DNA of 64,000 nt. It comes from Phoronis australis (taxonomy: Eukaryota; Animalia; Phoronida). The position numbers and the translations under genes are program-made. Under the pieces are notes generated by a model. The model searched no databases, had not been told where the DNA came from, and was given only the letters and a program-made list of their open reading frames with translations. Below, in pieces: positions 61,268 to 64,000 of this stretch; the stretch's first letter is position 1, and every line of letters begins with the position of its first letter. The DNA lies in the NCBI GenBank assembly GCA_002633005.1, contig NMRA01000293.1, positions 85,198-149,197 of the forward strand, written 5' to 3'.

Positions 61268-63983
61268 CAGTGGCGGATCTACGTTTTTTTAGTAAGGGGG
61301 GTTTAGGATTCCCGTAAAGGTCGAATCCGAGGCGCGTGGTGCCGAGCGGGGGAGACAATTTTTGTGTTTGTAGCTAAATAGTGAAATTTCCATGCATCGT
61401 GGTAAGTTTCTGGCACTTAACATGTCTTAAGATAAATTAAATCCCTTCTCGATTTCGTCACATGAACGTGGCTCATAAGTTTCGTGAAGCCATATTTGTG
61501 CACATCTGGGTATGAGTCAAGCCACCATCAAAAATTTTTGTTGGAACATCTGCTTACACATACCTTTTTAGCATACGAAAAGTCGTATACGAAAAAGTGT
61601 GGTGTGTGTGTGTAGGGTTTAGACAACTACCAAATATTCAAGAGCATAAGGAACACCACGAGACGTAAAAAATTAATTATCATATGATCGCGTAACAGCA
61701 GCCTCAAGTTGTTTAGGAACGAAGACCTGTACTGTTAGTCCGGAAATAAACATGTGTTCTGTCTCGTTACAAGAAAAACTGGCGAACGATGGTGCTCTCA
61801 GCTCATAGTCTATTATTAAAAGTGACAATAAACAATTAAGTATCACTTTATTAAGCTGAATCACGTTGACAACAATTGAAAAACGTCAAATGTATCAGGA
61901 AACAAATCATCTGAAAACAGTTTCACAAAACCAAAACATTCTGTACATCGTGGTGAAAAGATATACAGGACCAGTTTGCAGAGGGACCAGATATACACTG
62001 AGAGTACACTAAAAGGCTGGCCTGGTCCATCACGAGACCAAAAGTACACCTGTGCTTATTATCCCTATAAAAATAGTCGATCTGTCACGGGACCAAACAG
62101 TACTGGCTGAGATAAATAGTTTTACAAAGCACACTTTGGTAAAAAAGCATCACAAGACTAGTTCGCCGAGGGACCAGAAGTACACTGAAACTCAATATCT
62201 ACACAAATCAAGCTTGCCTGGTCCGTCGCGAGACCAAAAGTGTACTATGCAAAAAATTTTGAATTGAAAACTTCTCTCTAGACACTTTTTAATGCCCAGT
62301 GGTTGCTCATACGTGTATTTTATACATATGGTCGTCAACTGCTGCGAGAGATTGTCTAGGAAGGCTTTTAGCACCGTTCTGTAGTACTCACTGGAAGAAA
62401 CAAGTATTGAGTACCAATTAAACTGTGCACTACGTGAAATAGATTTTGGATATGAAGCAGACAGAGCCAAGTAGAAATACAAACCAGAATCAGTTTCTGT
62501 GTGCTCATAGACCCTATCCTGTACTGGGTAAATTTGGCATGACCAAAATTATAAATTTTTATTTCGTTTTCATTGTACACAAACATAAAAAAACCAACAT
62601 TATGTACAAACTGTGTAGAATTATAACTTATTACGAGGATGTTTCTCCAGGAACGTTAGTCCTATCCTGCTGTTGTCTGGACTGCTGAGGAATCTGTATA
62701 TCGGATCCAATGGTTTGCTTGTCTTGGAACCATTCTACCCAGACATCTTTTATGTTTGTTCCCAACGCTTGCACTTCATCTACTGCTGTGTCAATGAGCT
62801 TGTAAGCCTCTACAATCATCAGCATCTTGTTTCGCAGCTCAATTAGCACTAAGCCCCTGAGGTTGCCAAGTCTATTCAACAGACTTACATGCGCAACTAC
62901 TAAATTTGACCCGTTCATCATGAACTACTTCAAACCTAGACGATGATGTATCCCAGGACCTATTTGCATCTCTTGCAATTTTCGGAATAAATGTCCCAAT
63001 GTCTGAACGCTTGAAATCCAAAGTACTTACATCAAATAAATGCCCATGGGCATGGGCATTTCATCGGGTGAGCCTTTCTGCAGAAATTCCCAGTATAGAA
63101 GACGGCAGTGGTGCTTATTACAGGTAGAAAGAAGGTAGGTGTTGAGGTTGGAACTAGAGCTCCTTAGGAGGCCTATTGAACATCGTACGAGTCCCGCAAG
63201 ACTTGCTGTTAAAATACAGCTTCCCCGCAATTTTTGGTACTGTACACTGTTCAATGCGGTCACTTTGTCAATGTGAATGCCCCCTTGGTCATTCTTTGTA
63301 TAGACATAACTTGTTAGAGTGCATCTTCAAACGGACTCGCGACAAGACCGCGGCGCCCACGACAATAGCAATTCTTTGGAAAACGAGTTCTTTTCAAAAA
63401 TATTACATGTACATGTATACTATATGATATTGCACAAGACAACTTTACAATACACCAGTCAAATTCGAGGTACAAATGTGTGGAGTATTATGGAATGACA
63501 CGGCATGACAGATGAGGTAAAAGCGTTGCATGTCAATTCGCCTGAATATCGGGGTTGCGGCACCGCAGTATTTCCCCTGATTAAATCAAAGCATATCTTA
63601 GAGTAAAGAAGCTAGTTACCTGAAGAAATCAGCTATAGCGCTGCTCTTTCAGCGGTGGATCCATCTAAAATGCTTGGCTACTTCTGAAGTGTCGACGGAA
63701 GCACACGTGCAATTGATCTCCGCGCGTTTTGCCGATGAGCCAAGAAGAATCGAAATGCGTTGATTTTCATAACAGCAATTCACAGTGCAAAAAATTGTAT
63801 TTTCAGAGTGAACCCCCCTCAATTTTTTTTCAAGTTGGTTTATTTGGGGTTTACGCATGCTTGCGGTGTCGTTTTTGTTTTGCTGGAGATGTTTTTGGGT
63901 TTTTTTATTTTTGGGTCCTGGCCCAAGGGGGGGGTTTAAACCCCCTGAAACCCCCCCCCCCCCCCCCCGTAGATCCGCCACTG
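61268..63983 (-). mobile_element. ~2.7 kb hAT-superfamily DNA transposon with decayed ZMYM1/PRKRIR-like transposase and 5-bp TSD
   Basis: Perfect 16-bp TIRs CAGTGGCGGATCTACG; GTGTC on both flanks; minus-strand remnants SRQQQDRTNVPGETSS, SEYYRTVLKAFLDNLSQQL and LFPDTFDVFQLLST; multiple stops and frameshifts. Confidence 0.8.
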
Positions 63984-64000
63984 GTGTCTATGACAAACAC

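Overview
Intron-rich, AT-rich eukaryotic (animal) genomic DNA, probably a bilaterian invertebrate; the taxon is inference. It is not prokaryotic, so most ORF-track entries are noise. Four conserved genes were reconstructed by hand from splice sites and remembered protein similarity. (1) The last four exons of SPO11 (+, 2369-7862). (2) A heparan sulfate 3-O-sulfotransferase with a single coding exon (-, 11400-12461), tail-to-tail with SPO11. (3) A complete RPS12/eS12 (-, CDS 25698-29782, 5'TOP exon near 32192-32227). (4) A complete 21-exon RMC1/C18orf8 (+, 32431-55403), head-to-head with RPS12. A probable first exon of a secreted-protein gene lies at 60722-60839. Most notable: two paralogous C/D snoRNAs in RPS12 introns (SNORD29/snR71-like guide plus a second rRNA-complementary element), further H/ACA-like candidates, a U12-type intron in RMC1, a uORF overlapping the HS3ST start, and mobile DNA (hAT elements with 5-bp TSDs, Penelope-like fragments with a long hairpin, Helentron-type HINEs, a Tx1/L1 relic, SINEs, minisatellites). 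No database search was run, and I found no firm evidence of a wholly new system.
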